From an uncultured Oscillospiraceae bacterium (GTDB taxonomy: Bacteria > Bacillota > Clostridia > Oscillospirales > Ruminococcaceae), in assembly GCA_910583935.1 (NCBI GenBank), contig CAJTZM010000009.1, positions 27,967 through 91,966 on the forward strand: 64,000 nucleotides of DNA, given 5' to 3'. The notes beneath the pieces are model-generated. The model was not told the DNA's origin, did no database searches, and saw only the letters and a program-made list of their open reading frames with translations. Positions within the stretch are counted from its first letter, which is position 1. Every line of letters begins with the position of its first letter. A program made the translations under genes and the position numbers. This document shows, in pieces, positions 53,888-64,000 of this stretch.

Positions 53888-54653
53888 TATTTTTTGTGCC
53901 CTCCATTTCGTTGTCCCATTGGCCCCCATTTAACCAGGTGGCCGGGTTAGGGATGTATTGTCCGTTGTTTTTGCGCCATTGTTCGCTTTGCTTTTGATCT
54001 TCAACGGCTTTTAGAATCCGTTGGTGAAGGTCTGCGTTTGGCTTCAGGCGTTTCCACGCTTTAAGCGCGTACTGCTTAGCAACCTTTTTGGGGTATGCGC
54101 TCCAAAACTCCGAAAACCGATCGTCTCCAGAATGTTTTTTCACCGTCTCCCCCTCTTGGGGGGTAAGGGGGGGATTGTATATACTCTTCTCTACTCTACT
54201 CTTCTCTACTCTGCCGCAGGTCTTTTTATGGTCGACCGCTGGTTGACCTCCGGTCGTTTGACGGTCGTTTTTGCTGTTCTTATCAGTGGATGCACGGCGG
54301 CGCTTTGACCGTTCTTTTTCGGCCTGTCTGCGACCAATCAGCTTTCCGGTGTACTCGTACCAATCGTGAATTTTGAGGATTCCACTGTCTGCATCTTCGT
54401 CCAGCCAACCGGCTTGAACCAGCGTTGCAATCAGCTTTTCGGCTTGTCCGTCCCACTGCGCCGCCCGTGAGATCATGCGGGGAGTTATGCCATCCAAGTT
54501 TCCATCTGGGGCATTGTCAAGCGCCCACATCCAGAACGAGATTAACAGTCCCATCATGTACGCCGGTTGAATTTCCAACTTGTCGGCAGCGTCAAATAGC
54601 TTCCGATGGTCCTTCAATGTTTGATGTATTTGTAACCACGCCACGGTAACCAC
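53790..54653 (-). CDS. phage replisome organizer/DnaD-like replication protein
   Basis: N-terminus WLQIHQTLKDHRKLFDAADKLEIQPAYMMGLLISFWMWALDNAPDG resembles phage replisome-organizer N-domains. Basic middle region with the RVEKS repeat. The C-terminal part FSEFWSAYPKKV...AWKRL is DnaD/phage Rep-like. Confidence 0.65.
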   Translation of the reverse strand: MVTVAWLQIHQTLKDHRKLFDAADKLEIQPAYMMGLLISFWMWALDNAPDGNLDGITPRMISRAAQWDGQAEKLIATLVQAGWLDEDADSGILKIHDWYEYTGKLIGRRQAEKERSKRRRASTDKNSKNDRQTTGGQPAVDHKKTCGRVEKSRVEKSIYNPPLTPQEGETVKKHSGDDRFSEFWSAYPKKVAKQYALKAWKRLKPNADLHQRILKAVEDQKQSEQWRKNNGQYIPNPATWLNGGQWDNEMEGTKNNAADQRNDQRSDTEYAEKDWIKGFVPATDVFT

Positions 54654-54752
54654 CCCCTATTTTTTTTGTGTGTAAATGGTCAAAATTTGATCGTTTTACA
54701 ATTGACCATCAACCGACCGAAAAACGACCGATGGTCGACCGGCGGTCGTTTT

Positions 54753-55094
54753 CTATATCTCCCAAAGATTTTTTGCCACACGGACCAAAAAGTTTTTTCG
54801 AATCCGTTTCATTGTGTGAATAGAGTAATTGGCCTGTATGTATTTCATCGGCAAACCCTCAAACAGATTTTTTTGGATCAGTTCCCGATCCCGATCATTC
54901 CCGCAATCTGCCAAAGCCTTTTCTACGGCTACGATTTGCTCCTCGTTTTTCTGCCTTACAGGTCCATACGGAAGCTGATCGCGCCGATGTAACATGAAGT
55001 AATATCCTTTTGCGGTCGCCAATACCCGGCTATATATACTCTGTTCTAAACGCTCGCTGCTTTGTTTTCTATGCTTTTCTTTTTGTTCTGTCAT
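54753..55094 (-). CDS. putative phage transcriptional regulator (ArpU/sigma region-4-like)
   Basis: 113 aa. RELIQKNLFEGLPMKYIQANYSIHTMKRIRKNFLVRVAKNL resembles an HTH of the ArpU/RinA class. Weak call. Confidence 0.45.
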   Translation of the reverse strand: MTEQKEKHRKQSSERLEQSIYSRVLATAKGYYFMLHRRDQLPYGPVRQKNEEQIVAVEKALADCGNDRDRELIQKNLFEGLPMKYIQANYSIHTMKRIRKNFLVRVAKNLWEI

Positions 55095-55380
55095 TGTTCC
55101 GCTCTCCTTTGTCGAGCGTTTTTTCTATGGCCAGCGCAGCCCGCTCGATCTCCTTCGCTCTATGCCGCATGGAGCGGGCAAAACAAATCTTCTCCCATTC
55201 GTTGGCCGGAAGATAATACCCGCTTGTATTGTTGGACAAAATAGGCGTTCCTGACAGTCTTTCACTGGCGATCATACGGCGGACCACTCTGCTGTCCAGC
55301 TTGGTTACGCCCATCAAATACCGCAAAGACACGGCGTTTTCCTGCCCGGCGCTTAAATATTCAGCTATTTTCATGGGCAT
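55069..55380 (-). CDS. hypothetical winged-helix-like protein
   Basis: MPMKIAEYLSAGQENAVSLRYLMGVTKLDSRVVRRMIASERLSGTPILS. The start follows AAGGGTGA. Confidence 0.5.
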   Translation of the reverse strand: MPMKIAEYLSAGQENAVSLRYLMGVTKLDSRVVRRMIASERLSGTPILSNNTSGYYLPANEWEKICFARSMRHRAKEIERAALAIEKTLDKGERNNDRTKRKA

Positions 55381-55543
55381 CACCCTTGTAAAAAATTGCA
55401 TCCCCGCCAAGCTTTCCAATCAAAAATCCGGCAATATCGTCGGCTGGAATGTCCCAATATTCCGCATCCGTCATGGTTGCAACGCCGTTTTCTACAACCA
55501 TCCTCACCGTTACCGGGATCCGGCATGTTACTTTTTCCATCCA

Positions 55544-55738
55544 TTAAGCCTCCTTTTTGAGGATGTCCGCTACCGAGACACCCAATTCCACCGCTAGCTT
55601 TCCAGCGGTTTTAGGTAGAACCTCACAGCCTTTACGGATACGCGTTAGGGTTTGTGGTGAAATACCTGTGCGTAGGTCTGACATGGATTTACATTGCTGG
55701 GCCAAAAGAACGTCAAGCCGCTGTGCATCTACTTTCAC
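55544..55738 (-). CDS. Cro-like XRE-family HTH protein
   Basis: LLAQQCKSMSDLRTGISPQTLTRIRKGCEVLPKTAGKLAVELGVSVADIL. GTG at 55738 lies 9 nt after AAGGAG, and I prefer it over the TTG at 55762 used by the track. Confidence 0.75.
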   Translation of the reverse strand: MKVDAQRLDVLLAQQCKSMSDLRTGISPQTLTRIRKGCEVLPKTAGKLAVELGVSVADILKKEA

Positions 55739-55752
55739 GTATTTGTTCTCCT

Positions 55753-55842
55753 TTCGTTCCAAATTCGTTCCGCATCTACATAATAATACCGATATCGTTC
55801 CTTGTCAAGATATTTTTTAAAAAAGTGTTCCATTTTTGTTCC
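55753..55842. promoter_or_regulatory. cI/cro intergenic operator region with five GTTCC half-sites
   Basis: (T/A)(T/C/G)GTTCC at 55754-55760, 55765-55771, 55795-55801, 55825-55831 and 55836-55842. The spacing pattern is 11-30-30-11 bp. Confidence 0.5.
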
Positions 55843-55879
55843 ATTTATGCTATGCTAAAATTGGAGGTGATAATTGAAA

Positions 55880-56356
55880 ATGGAAATAGAAGATACTTTT
55901 GAGATAGGTCAAAATATTCGTGCTGTCCGCAAACAAATGGGGTTAACCCAAGAAGAACTTGCTAAAATGGCTGGATTATCAACCATGAGCATCCGTAGAT
56001 ACGAAAAAGGTGAGCGTATAATAACCGATGAAACCTTAATGAGGATTGCAAAAGTGTTGAAAATTGAGTGGCAGAAACTAAAAGGTTGGGTATTTTATGG
56101 TTTTACTGTTGACGGTTATGAATTTTGGGGACCGCCAGAATCCATAACCGAACTAGACCAGATATTCGCTGATAACATTAGTGAACAACAAGGGTCCTGC
56201 AAACAAATTAGCAATCAGATAATTATGGCACTAAATAAATTGAATAGAGCTGGGAAGCAAAAAGCGGTGGAGCGTGTATTGGAACTAACCGAAATTCCCC
56301 GTTATCAAGCCTCCCCCCCCAGTCAGATGCTCCAGACAGTTCCAGAGAGCAAATAA
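55880..56356 (+). CDS. CI-like XRE-family repressor
   Basis: IGQNIRAVRKQMGLTQEELAKMAGLSTMSIRRYEKGERIITDETLMRIAKVL plus a C-terminal domain. ATG at 55880 follows GGAGGTGA. Confidence 0.8.
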   Translation: MEIEDTFEIGQNIRAVRKQMGLTQEELAKMAGLSTMSIRRYEKGERIITDETLMRIAKVLKIEWQKLKGWVFYGFTVDGYEFWGPPESITELDQIFADNISEQQGSCKQISNQIIMALNKLNRAGKQKAVERVLELTEIPRYQASPPSQMLQTVPESK

Positions 56357-56392
56357 ATGCTTACAAAGTTTCTAGCCAGGAAGGAGGACCAT

Positions 56393-57902
<1,510 letters not shown>

Positions 57903-57929
57903 ATATCTTGCAAATTAAACTGCCTTTTT

Positions 57930-57958
57930 ACTATACTACAGTTTTTCCGATTTGTCAA
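57930..57958 (-). promoter_or_regulatory. sigma-A promoter of the tRNA gene
   Basis: Minus strand reads TTGACA-17 nt-TATAGT, ending about 28 nt before the tRNA 5' end. Confidence 0.55.
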
Positions 57959-58059
57959 GGATTATTCTCACTTTTTTCCTTTGGCGGCAGAAAATACGGA
58001 ACGACCGTTCAAGCATCCAGCCGGCGGCGAATCACTTTTTCCAGATCGCCGCCTTTTTG

Positions 58060-58296
58060 TCAAGCCTGATCCTGGCCGCCCTTTCCCAATAGATTCCGCA
58101 GCTTTTGGGCCGCCTCCTGCCTGCGCCGCCGGGTCTCCTGCTCGTCAATCCGCCATCCGCCGGCGCTTTGGAGCAGACAATCCCCCTCCTTCACCTCGGG
58201 AGGAAGCAGCGAAAGGCTCAGATGAGTAAGGGATTGGTCCGGCCCCTCTAAAACCGCCTGCCCTTCTTCTATCCGGTCGATGCACCAATACTCCAT
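58060..58296 (-). CDS. DUF3006-family protein
   Basis: 78 aa, WCIDRIEEGQAVLEG...LPPEVKEGDCL. This family typically follows ComEC-type MBL hydrolase genes. Confidence 0.7.
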   Translation of the reverse strand: MEYWCIDRIEEGQAVLEGPDQSLTHLSLSLLPPEVKEGDCLLQSAGGWRIDEQETRRRRQEAAQKLRNLLGKGGQDQA

Positions 58297-59285
58297 CAGC
58301 CCGCCTCCCGCTCGGTTTGTACCGTAATCTCTTTTCCGTCGGTGGCAAATACCACCGACCCTGCCAAATCCGTGCGGTACACCGAAATATCCCGCTGGGA
58401 AAAGCTGGCTAAAACCTCCTGGTGGGGATGGCCGTAATCGTTGTCCGCTCCGCAGGATATGGCCGCGATTTTAGGGGAAACAGCGTTTAAAAACGCCTCG
58501 CTGGAGGAGGTACTGCTGCCGTGATGTCCCGCCTTCAGCACATCTGCCCGCAGATCCGCCCCCAAATCGATCAGATCCTCCTCTACTTCCTTCTCCGCGT
58601 CACCGGTGAACAAAAAGGAGGTTTCCCCACTGTCCAAACGGCATACCACCGAATAATCGTTCAGATCCTGGTAGTCGCCTGCCGGGGACAGCACCGTCAG
58701 CAAAACCCCCTCGCCCAGATCGTAGGAAAGACCCGGTCCGGCGGCAGTGACCGGGATATTCTGCTTTTCCGCTGTTTCCAAAAGCCGCCGGAATACCGCT
58801 GTCGTGGGAACCATGCTGTCGGCCAGCTGCGGCATTAAAATTTCGCCTGCAGGAACCTGCTCCAGCACCTGCGCCAGTCCGCCGATATGGTCCGCATGGG
58901 GGTGGGTGGCGATGACCAGATCCAGCCTTTTTATCCCGGCGGACCGGAGGTAATCGTAGATCGTTTGCCCCTGGTCCCGCTCTCCTGCGTCGATCAGCAC
59001 CGTTTTTTCCCGCGTTTGGATCAGGATCCCGTCGCCCTGCCCCACGTCAATCATATGGACCGCCGCGATCTGCTCCCCATCCAGCTGAATCGCCGGGCGG
59101 TAGGGCCCCTCCATGCCCAGAAGGTCGCTCCAGCCGGGCATATCAAAGGGCAGCCAGCCCATTTCGCTCATGGTCATCAGGGTAAAAAACACCATGACCA
59201 GCGCCGCCACCGTCAAAAACAGCCAGGTGGGCATCCGGTCGATCAGCCGCTGAACGATTTGAACACCGTTTTTTCTTCTGCTCAT
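58296..59285 (-). CDS. MBL-fold metallo-hydrolase (ComEC C-terminal-domain-like), membrane anchored
   Basis: N-terminal TM helix, VHMIDVGQGDGILI, HPHADHIGG, KAGHHGS. Confidence 0.85.
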   Translation of the reverse strand: MSRRKNGVQIVQRLIDRMPTWLFLTVAALVMVFFTLMTMSEMGWLPFDMPGWSDLLGMEGPYRPAIQLDGEQIAAVHMIDVGQGDGILIQTREKTVLIDAGERDQGQTIYDYLRSAGIKRLDLVIATHPHADHIGGLAQVLEQVPAGEILMPQLADSMVPTTAVFRRLLETAEKQNIPVTAAGPGLSYDLGEGVLLTVLSPAGDYQDLNDYSVVCRLDSGETSFLFTGDAEKEVEEDLIDLGADLRADVLKAGHHGSSTSSSEAFLNAVSPKIAAISCGADNDYGHPHQEVLASFSQRDISVYRTDLAGSVVFATDGKEITVQTEREAG

Positions 59286-61207
59286 CCTCTTCCCTTCCCC
59301 CTTCTTGCTGCCGGACTTTTTCCGGGCCCTTTGCCCGGTCTGCGTCCGGCGCCAGCATGGACGGGCCGCTGTCTTCTGAGATCCGGGCCCTTTCCTCCCT
59401 GCGCCGGACGCCGGATCCCCGCCGCCGGCACCAGACAGTCGGGCCTCGGGCCAATCAGATCCTGCCGGCCCGCCGCTGTCAGCGCCTCGATAACCTGCTC
59501 GCGCAGCTCTGGCCTATAGTACTGCAGCAGCGCCCGCTGCATCGCCTTCTCCTTGGGACTTTTAGGCACGAAAACCGTCCTGCCGCTGAACGGGTCGAGG
59601 CCGGTATAGAACATGCAGGTAGACACGGTTCCCGGCGTCGGGTAAAAGTCCTGCACCTGCTCCGGCCGGATCCGGTTTTTCTTCATGTACACTGCCAGCT
59701 GGACCGCGTCCTTTAAGGTGGAGCCAGGATGGGAGGACATCAGGTAGGGCACCAGATACTGCTCCTTGCCTGCCTTTTCGGTCAGCTGGTAAAATTTCTT
59801 CACAAACCGATTGTAGGTCTCGATATGGGGCTTTCCCATCTGATCCAGAACCGCAGCGGAGCAGTGCTCCGGCGCCACCCGCAGCTGTCCGCTGATGTGA
59901 TGCTCCACCAGCTCCCGGAAAAAGGACTCGTCCCGATCCTCCAGCAGATAGTCAAACCGGATGCCGGAACGGATAAACACCCGCTTGACCCCGGGCAGCG
60001 CCCGCAGCTTTCGCAACAGCTCCAGATATTCCCGGTGATCCGCCTTGAGATTTTTGCAGGGAGAGGGGGCCAGGCACCGGCGCCCCCGGCACACTCCATG
60101 CTCCAGCTGCCGTCTGCAGGAGGGCTGGCGGAAATTGGCGGTGGGTCCGCCCACGTCGTGAATATACCCTTTAAACCGGGGACTTTTGATCAGCTGCCGC
60201 GCCTCGGCCAGCACCGATTCCTCGCTGCGGCAGGTCACCTGACGGCCCTGGTGGGTGGCGATAGAGCAAAAGCTGCACGCCCCAAAGCAACCCCGGTTGT
60301 GCATGATGGAAAATTCCACCTCGTCAATGGCGGGGACGCCGCCTTTTTTCTCATAGGAGGGATGGTAGTATCGGGCAAAGGGCAGCGACCAAACCCAGTC
60401 CAGCTCCTTTTGGGTCAGCGGCGGCATGGGCGGATTCTGCACCAAAAACCGCTCACCGTGCTTCTGGATTACCGTCTTGCCGTATACCGCGTCGTGCTCC
60501 TCATACTGGATTTTAAACGCCCGGGCGTAGGCGGTCTTATCCTGTGCCACCTTTTGAAAGGACGCGCAGGATACCGCCCCTGGAACCTGCGGCGCCTCAT
60601 CCGCCAGATAGCAGGTCCCCCGGATGTCGGTCAGCTCCCGCACCGGCTCCCCCGCCGCCAGCCGCCGGACGATCTGGATGGTCTGGCGCTCCCCCATGCC
60701 GTAGACCAGAAGGTCCGCGCCCGCGTCCGCCAAAACCGAGGGGCGCACCTGGTCGTCCCAATAATCGTAGTGGGCAAAGCGCCGCAGCGAAGCCTCCAGC
60801 CCGCCGATAATCACCGGCACCTGGGGGCAAAGCTTCTTTAATGCCCGACTGTACACGATGGTCGGCCGGTCCGGCCGAAAGCCCGCCTTGCCGCCGGGAC
60901 TGTAGGCGTCCTCGCTGCGCAGCCGCTTCGCCGCAGTGTAGTGGGCCACCATTGAGTCGATGTTTCCGCCGGACACCAGAAATCCCAGCTTAGGTCTGCC
61001 AAGGGCCAGAAAGCTCTGCTCCCGCCGCCAGTCCGGCTGGGCCAGCACCCCCACCCGAAAGCCCTGGGACTCTATGACCCGGGCGATAATCGCCGCCCCA
61101 AAGCTGGGGTGATCCACATAAGCGTCCGCCGAAACCAACACAAAATCCAGCTGATCCCAGCCAAGCCTTTCCATATCCTCTCTGCACACAGGCAAAAATC
61201 CGCTCAT
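59282..61207 (-). CDS. YgiQ-family (UPF0313) radical SAM protein
   Basis: MSGFLPVCREDMERLGWDQLDFVLVSADAYVDHPSFG, and the radical SAM cluster CFGACSFCS. ATG at 61207. Confidence 0.9.
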   Translation of the reverse strand: MSGFLPVCREDMERLGWDQLDFVLVSADAYVDHPSFGAAIIARVIESQGFRVGVLAQPDWRREQSFLALGRPKLGFLVSGGNIDSMVAHYTAAKRLRSEDAYSPGGKAGFRPDRPTIVYSRALKKLCPQVPVIIGGLEASLRRFAHYDYWDDQVRPSVLADAGADLLVYGMGERQTIQIVRRLAAGEPVRELTDIRGTCYLADEAPQVPGAVSCASFQKVAQDKTAYARAFKIQYEEHDAVYGKTVIQKHGERFLVQNPPMPPLTQKELDWVWSLPFARYYHPSYEKKGGVPAIDEVEFSIMHNRGCFGACSFCSIATHQGRQVTCRSEESVLAEARQLIKSPRFKGYIHDVGGPTANFRQPSCRRQLEHGVCRGRRCLAPSPCKNLKADHREYLELLRKLRALPGVKRVFIRSGIRFDYLLEDRDESFFRELVEHHISGQLRVAPEHCSAAVLDQMGKPHIETYNRFVKKFYQLTEKAGKEQYLVPYLMSSHPGSTLKDAVQLAVYMKKNRIRPEQVQDFYPTPGTVSTCMFYTGLDPFSGRTVFVPKSPKEKAMQRALLQYYRPELREQVIEALTAAGRQDLIGPRPDCLVPAAGIRRPAQGGKGPDLRRQRPVHAGAGRRPGKGPGKSPAARRGKGRG

Positions 61208-61309
61208 TCTTTTCCCTTTCCATCCACTGCTTTTTCCGGGACAAAACACCACCAGAGCCTATCCTTTTTAAAGACGGCTCCGTTTTTTCTTCGGGAAGGC
61301 TTGTCCCCA

Positions 61310-63817
61310 TTATTGCGGCTCCGCCGGCGGATTTTCGTCCGTCTGCATTTTCATCTCGATCCACTGCTGGCGGCTGATGAGCACCTGCCGGGGCTTGCTT
61401 CCTTCAAACGGGCCCACAATTCCGCGCGCCTCCATCTCGTCGACAATCCGCGCCGCCCGGGCATAGCCCAGCTTCAGCTTGCGCTGCAATAAGGAGGTAG
61501 ACGCCTGCCCGGAATCCACCACGCATTCAATGGCCGCCGGCAGCATCTCGTCCTCTGCGTCGAACCCGCCGCCGGATTTCTCGGAGCCGGATTTGCCCGC
61601 CGCCTCCGCCTGCCGCTCGATCTCTTCCAAAATCTGATCGTCGTAATCGGCGGTCTGGGAGCCTTTGATAAAGGACACGACCTTTTCCACCTCTTTATCG
61701 CTGACAAAGCAGCCCTGAATGCGGACCGGCTTTGCCGCGCCTACCGGGAAGAACAGCATATCCCCCTTGCCCAGCAGCTTTTCCGCGCCGCCCGAATCCA
61801 AAATCGTCCGGGAGTCCACCTGGGAGGATACGGCAAAGGCGATCCGGCTTGGGATGTTGGCCTTGATGACGCCGGTGATCACATCCACCGACGGCCGCTG
61901 TGTCGCGATGACCAGATGCATCCCCGCCGCCCGGGCCATCTGGGCCAGCCGGCAGATGGCGTCCTCCACCTCGTTTTGGGCGGCGATCATCAGGTCCGCC
62001 AGCTCGTCGATGATAATGACAATCTGAGGCATCTTGGCCAGATTCCGGTCCGGCTGCTCCTCAGCCAGCCGGTTATAGCCGCCAATATCCCGAACACTGT
62101 TGTCCGCGAACAGCTTGTAGCGGCCCAGCATCTCGCTGACCGCCCAGTTAAGCGCGCCCGCCGCCTTGCGCGGGTCGGTGACCACCGGCACCAGCAGATG
62201 GGGAATGCCGTTGTAAACCCCCAGCTCCACCACCTTCGGGTCCACCATCAAAAGGCGCACCTCCTCCGGGGAGGCTTTATACAAAATGCTCATGATAATC
62301 GAGTTGATGCACACCGATTTGCCGGAACCGGTGGCGCCGGCAATCAGCATATGGGGCATTTTCGCAATGTCCGCCACACAGACGCTGCCGCCGATATCCT
62401 TGCCCAGACACATGGTCACCCGGCTTTTGGCCTCCCGAAACGGCGCGGAATCCACAATATCCCGGATCGGCACCATGCTGGTCTGCCGGTTGGGGACCTC
62501 GATGCCCACCGCCGCCTTGTTGGGGATCGGCGCTTCAATCCGCACCCCGCTGGTGGCCAGGTTTAAGGCAATGTCGTCGGCCAGGTTGGTGATTTTGCTG
62601 ATCTTCACCCCCGCCGACGGCTGCAGCTCGTACCGGGTCACCGCCGGACCTCGGGCGATGTCAATAATCCGGGTCTGGACCCCGAAGCTGGCCAGCGCGT
62701 CGACCAAAAGCTGGGCATTGGCCTTTAATTCCTCGCTTAAATCCTGGCCGTCCGGCTTTTCACCCTCCTGCAAAAGGTAAACCGGCGGGAATATGTAGTT
62801 CTCGGTGGCCTGCAGCTTTCCTGCGGCATCCAGCTCCCCAGCCATTTGCTTTTCCGGGCTGGACAGCTCCTCCTTCGCCGGCTCGCTTTGAACCGGCGGA
62901 ATCACGGGCGGTTCCTCCTTCTTTGTCTCGGATAGGGCGCTTTGCGCAATTTTCCCCACCAGATCGTCCAGTAAAGGCTGCTCTGCGGATTTTTCCGCCT
63001 TCTCCTTCGGCGGCTCAGGCGGCTTTTCCTCCTGGCCGGCCGCCGCCCTGATCAGCTTTTCCTTGGCCTTCTTCACCTTTTCCTTTTCCTCCGGCGACTG
63101 CTCCCGCACCTGCACCGGATGCGGCGGCAGCGGCGCTTCGTCCAAGGGAACGTCAATATTAAACTGGGGACGGCGGCGCTCCTCCACCCGCTCTACATAG
63201 GTTTCCCCAATCTTTTTCACCGGCTTGTAGGCCGACCGGATCAGATCCAACAGCGTCGCGCCGGTGATGAGCATCAAAAAGGTGAAAATCAAAAGCAGAA
63301 CGGTTACTGCGGCCGGAGTCTTCCCAAAGGACAAAAGCGGAAGGCCGAAAAGCCCCCCCGCAAGGCCGCCGCTTTCCAAGCGGGTACCGCTTTCATACAG
63401 ATAGGCGGCCTTTTCCACAAAATTTTCCCCTTCTGCTGGGTTTTTAGAAAAGATCTGGGCCGCGCCACAGATAAGCGCCACCAGCACCAGCGTCTGCCAT
63501 ACCTTGTGCCCCAACGCACCGATGGGCTTGTCCATCGCGGCCATCACCGCAATGTAGATAAGCGCCGGCGCAATCAGATACGCACACCAGCCGAACAGTC
63601 CAAAGCAAAAGGTGTGCAGCCAGTTCCAAAAGCCCTGGCCCGATATCAGCGATACGGCCAGGAAGAAAAGCCCCCCCGCAAACAGAATCACCGCCCAAAG
63701 CTGCCGGCGGGACCGGGCCTGTTCCTCGGCCAGACGCTTTTCCTGCGCCGTCTGCCGGCCGGTTTTCTTTTTTGCGGCCGGCTTCTTTTTCGCCGCCGGA
63801 TTTTTCTGTGCTGCCAA
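61310..63817 (-). CDS. ftsK: DNA translocase FtsK/SpoIIIE
   Basis: N-terminal TM helices, Pro/Glu/Lys linker, motor domain (GATGSGKSV Walker [12 protein letters not shown]), and gamma domain ([25 protein letters not shown]). TTG at 63817 lies 8 nt after GGGAGG. The 60 upstream codons are doubtful. Confidence 0.9.
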   Translation of the reverse strand: MAAQKNPAAKKKPAAKKKTGRQTAQEKRLAEEQARSRRQLWAVILFAGGLFFLAVSLISGQGFWNWLHTFCFGLFGWCAYLIAPALIYIAVMAAMDKPIGALGHKVWQTLVLVALICGAAQIFSKNPAEGENFVEKAAYLYESGTRLESGGLAGGLFGLPLLSFGKTPAAVTVLLLIFTFLMLITGATLLDLIRSAYKPVKKIGETYVERVEERRRPQFNIDVPLDEAPLPPHPVQVREQSPEEKEKVKKAKEKLIRAAAGQEEKPPEPPKEKAEKSAEQPLLDDLVGKIAQSALSETKKEEPPVIPPVQSEPAKEELSSPEKQMAGELDAAGKLQATENYIFPPVYLLQEGEKPDGQDLSEELKANAQLLVDALASFGVQTRIIDIARGPAVTRYELQPSAGVKISKITNLADDIALNLATSGVRIEAPIPNKAAVGIEVPNRQTSMVPIRDIVDSAPFREAKSRVTMCLGKDIGGSVCVADIAKMPHMLIAGATGSGKSVCINSIIMSILYKASPEEVRLLMVDPKVVELGVYNGIPHLLVPVVTDPRKAAGALNWAVSEMLGRYKLFADNSVRDIGGYNRLAEEQPDRNLAKMPQIVIIIDELADLMIAAQNEVEDAICRLAQMARAAGMHLVIATQRPSVDVITGVIKANIPSRIAFAVSSQVDSRTILDSGGAEKLLGKGDMLFFPVGAAKPVRIQGCFVSDKEVEKVVSFIKGSQTADYDDQILEEIERQAEAAGKSGSEKSGGGFDAEDEMLPAAIECVVDSGQASTSLLQRKLKLGYARAARIVDEMEARGIVGPFEGSKPRQVLISRQQWIEMKMQTDENPPAEPQ

Positions 63818-64000
63818 ATCCCCAAACCTCCCTTTATTTTTTGCCGGACGGCGTCCGCACCCGCCCGGCCTCTCCCTTGCAAAAAGGCCAATCCTTTGTA
63901 CCCCTTGTGCCGCAAACAAACGACAAAAAAGCCCCTGCCCGACTATTTTCTTTCCCAGTGTAATGCGCAGCGGCCTGTGGCACCTTTCCATTCCCACCGC

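Noticed and set aside
59729-60841. 370-aa plus-strand ORF and many similar long antisense ORFs (for example 18966-19823, 13279-13959, 24581-25207, 27920-28534, 61916-62566, 35920-36570)
   Set aside because: Each lies entirely antisense to a gene with clear family motifs. Their translations are Arg/Gly/Pro/His-rich and lack RBSs, as expected for stop-codon-poor antisense frames in GC-rich DNA.

Overview
High-GC (about 55-60% by eye) chromosomal segment from a spore-forming Firmicute, probably Clostridia-like (spo0A, cotH, DegV, LuxS, a BceRS-BceAB module, FtsK/SpoIIIE). Most of the window is ordinary housekeeping and accessory metabolism on both strands. Many long antisense shadow ORFs in the track are GC artefacts. 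Three regions stand out. (1) 3.07-6.2 kb is an AT-richer decayed integrative element directly after the ychF terminator. It carries a truncated tyrosine integrase, an uncharacterised gene divergent from an XRE regulator, and a frameshifted rolling-circle Rep. A Bsr-like deaminase gene follows it. (2) 40.96-42.8 kb is a very AT-rich block with three tandem small XRE genes plus a stand-alone RNA polymerase alpha-CTD-like gene. (3) 43.11-57.84 kb is a 14.7 kb phage-like element inserted into the 3' end of an initiator tRNA-Met gene. Both junctions are readable as a 13-bp direct repeat. The tRNA's original 3' end and terminator are orphaned at the far side of the element. Joining the element ends gives a dyad-symmetric attP next to a large serine recombinase gene. 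Inside this element a 1,158-bp block is repeated with 100% identity 6,710 bp apart. The block consists of at least six tandem broken Bro-N fragments, each with its own perfect inverted repeat, and I cannot explain it with standard feature types. Other regulatory features are a T-box leader with a probable Trp (UGG) specifier upstream of an ABC transporter, palindromic operators, and cI/cro-type operator repeats. No CRISPR array, rRNA gene, reverse transcriptase or intact transposase was seen.
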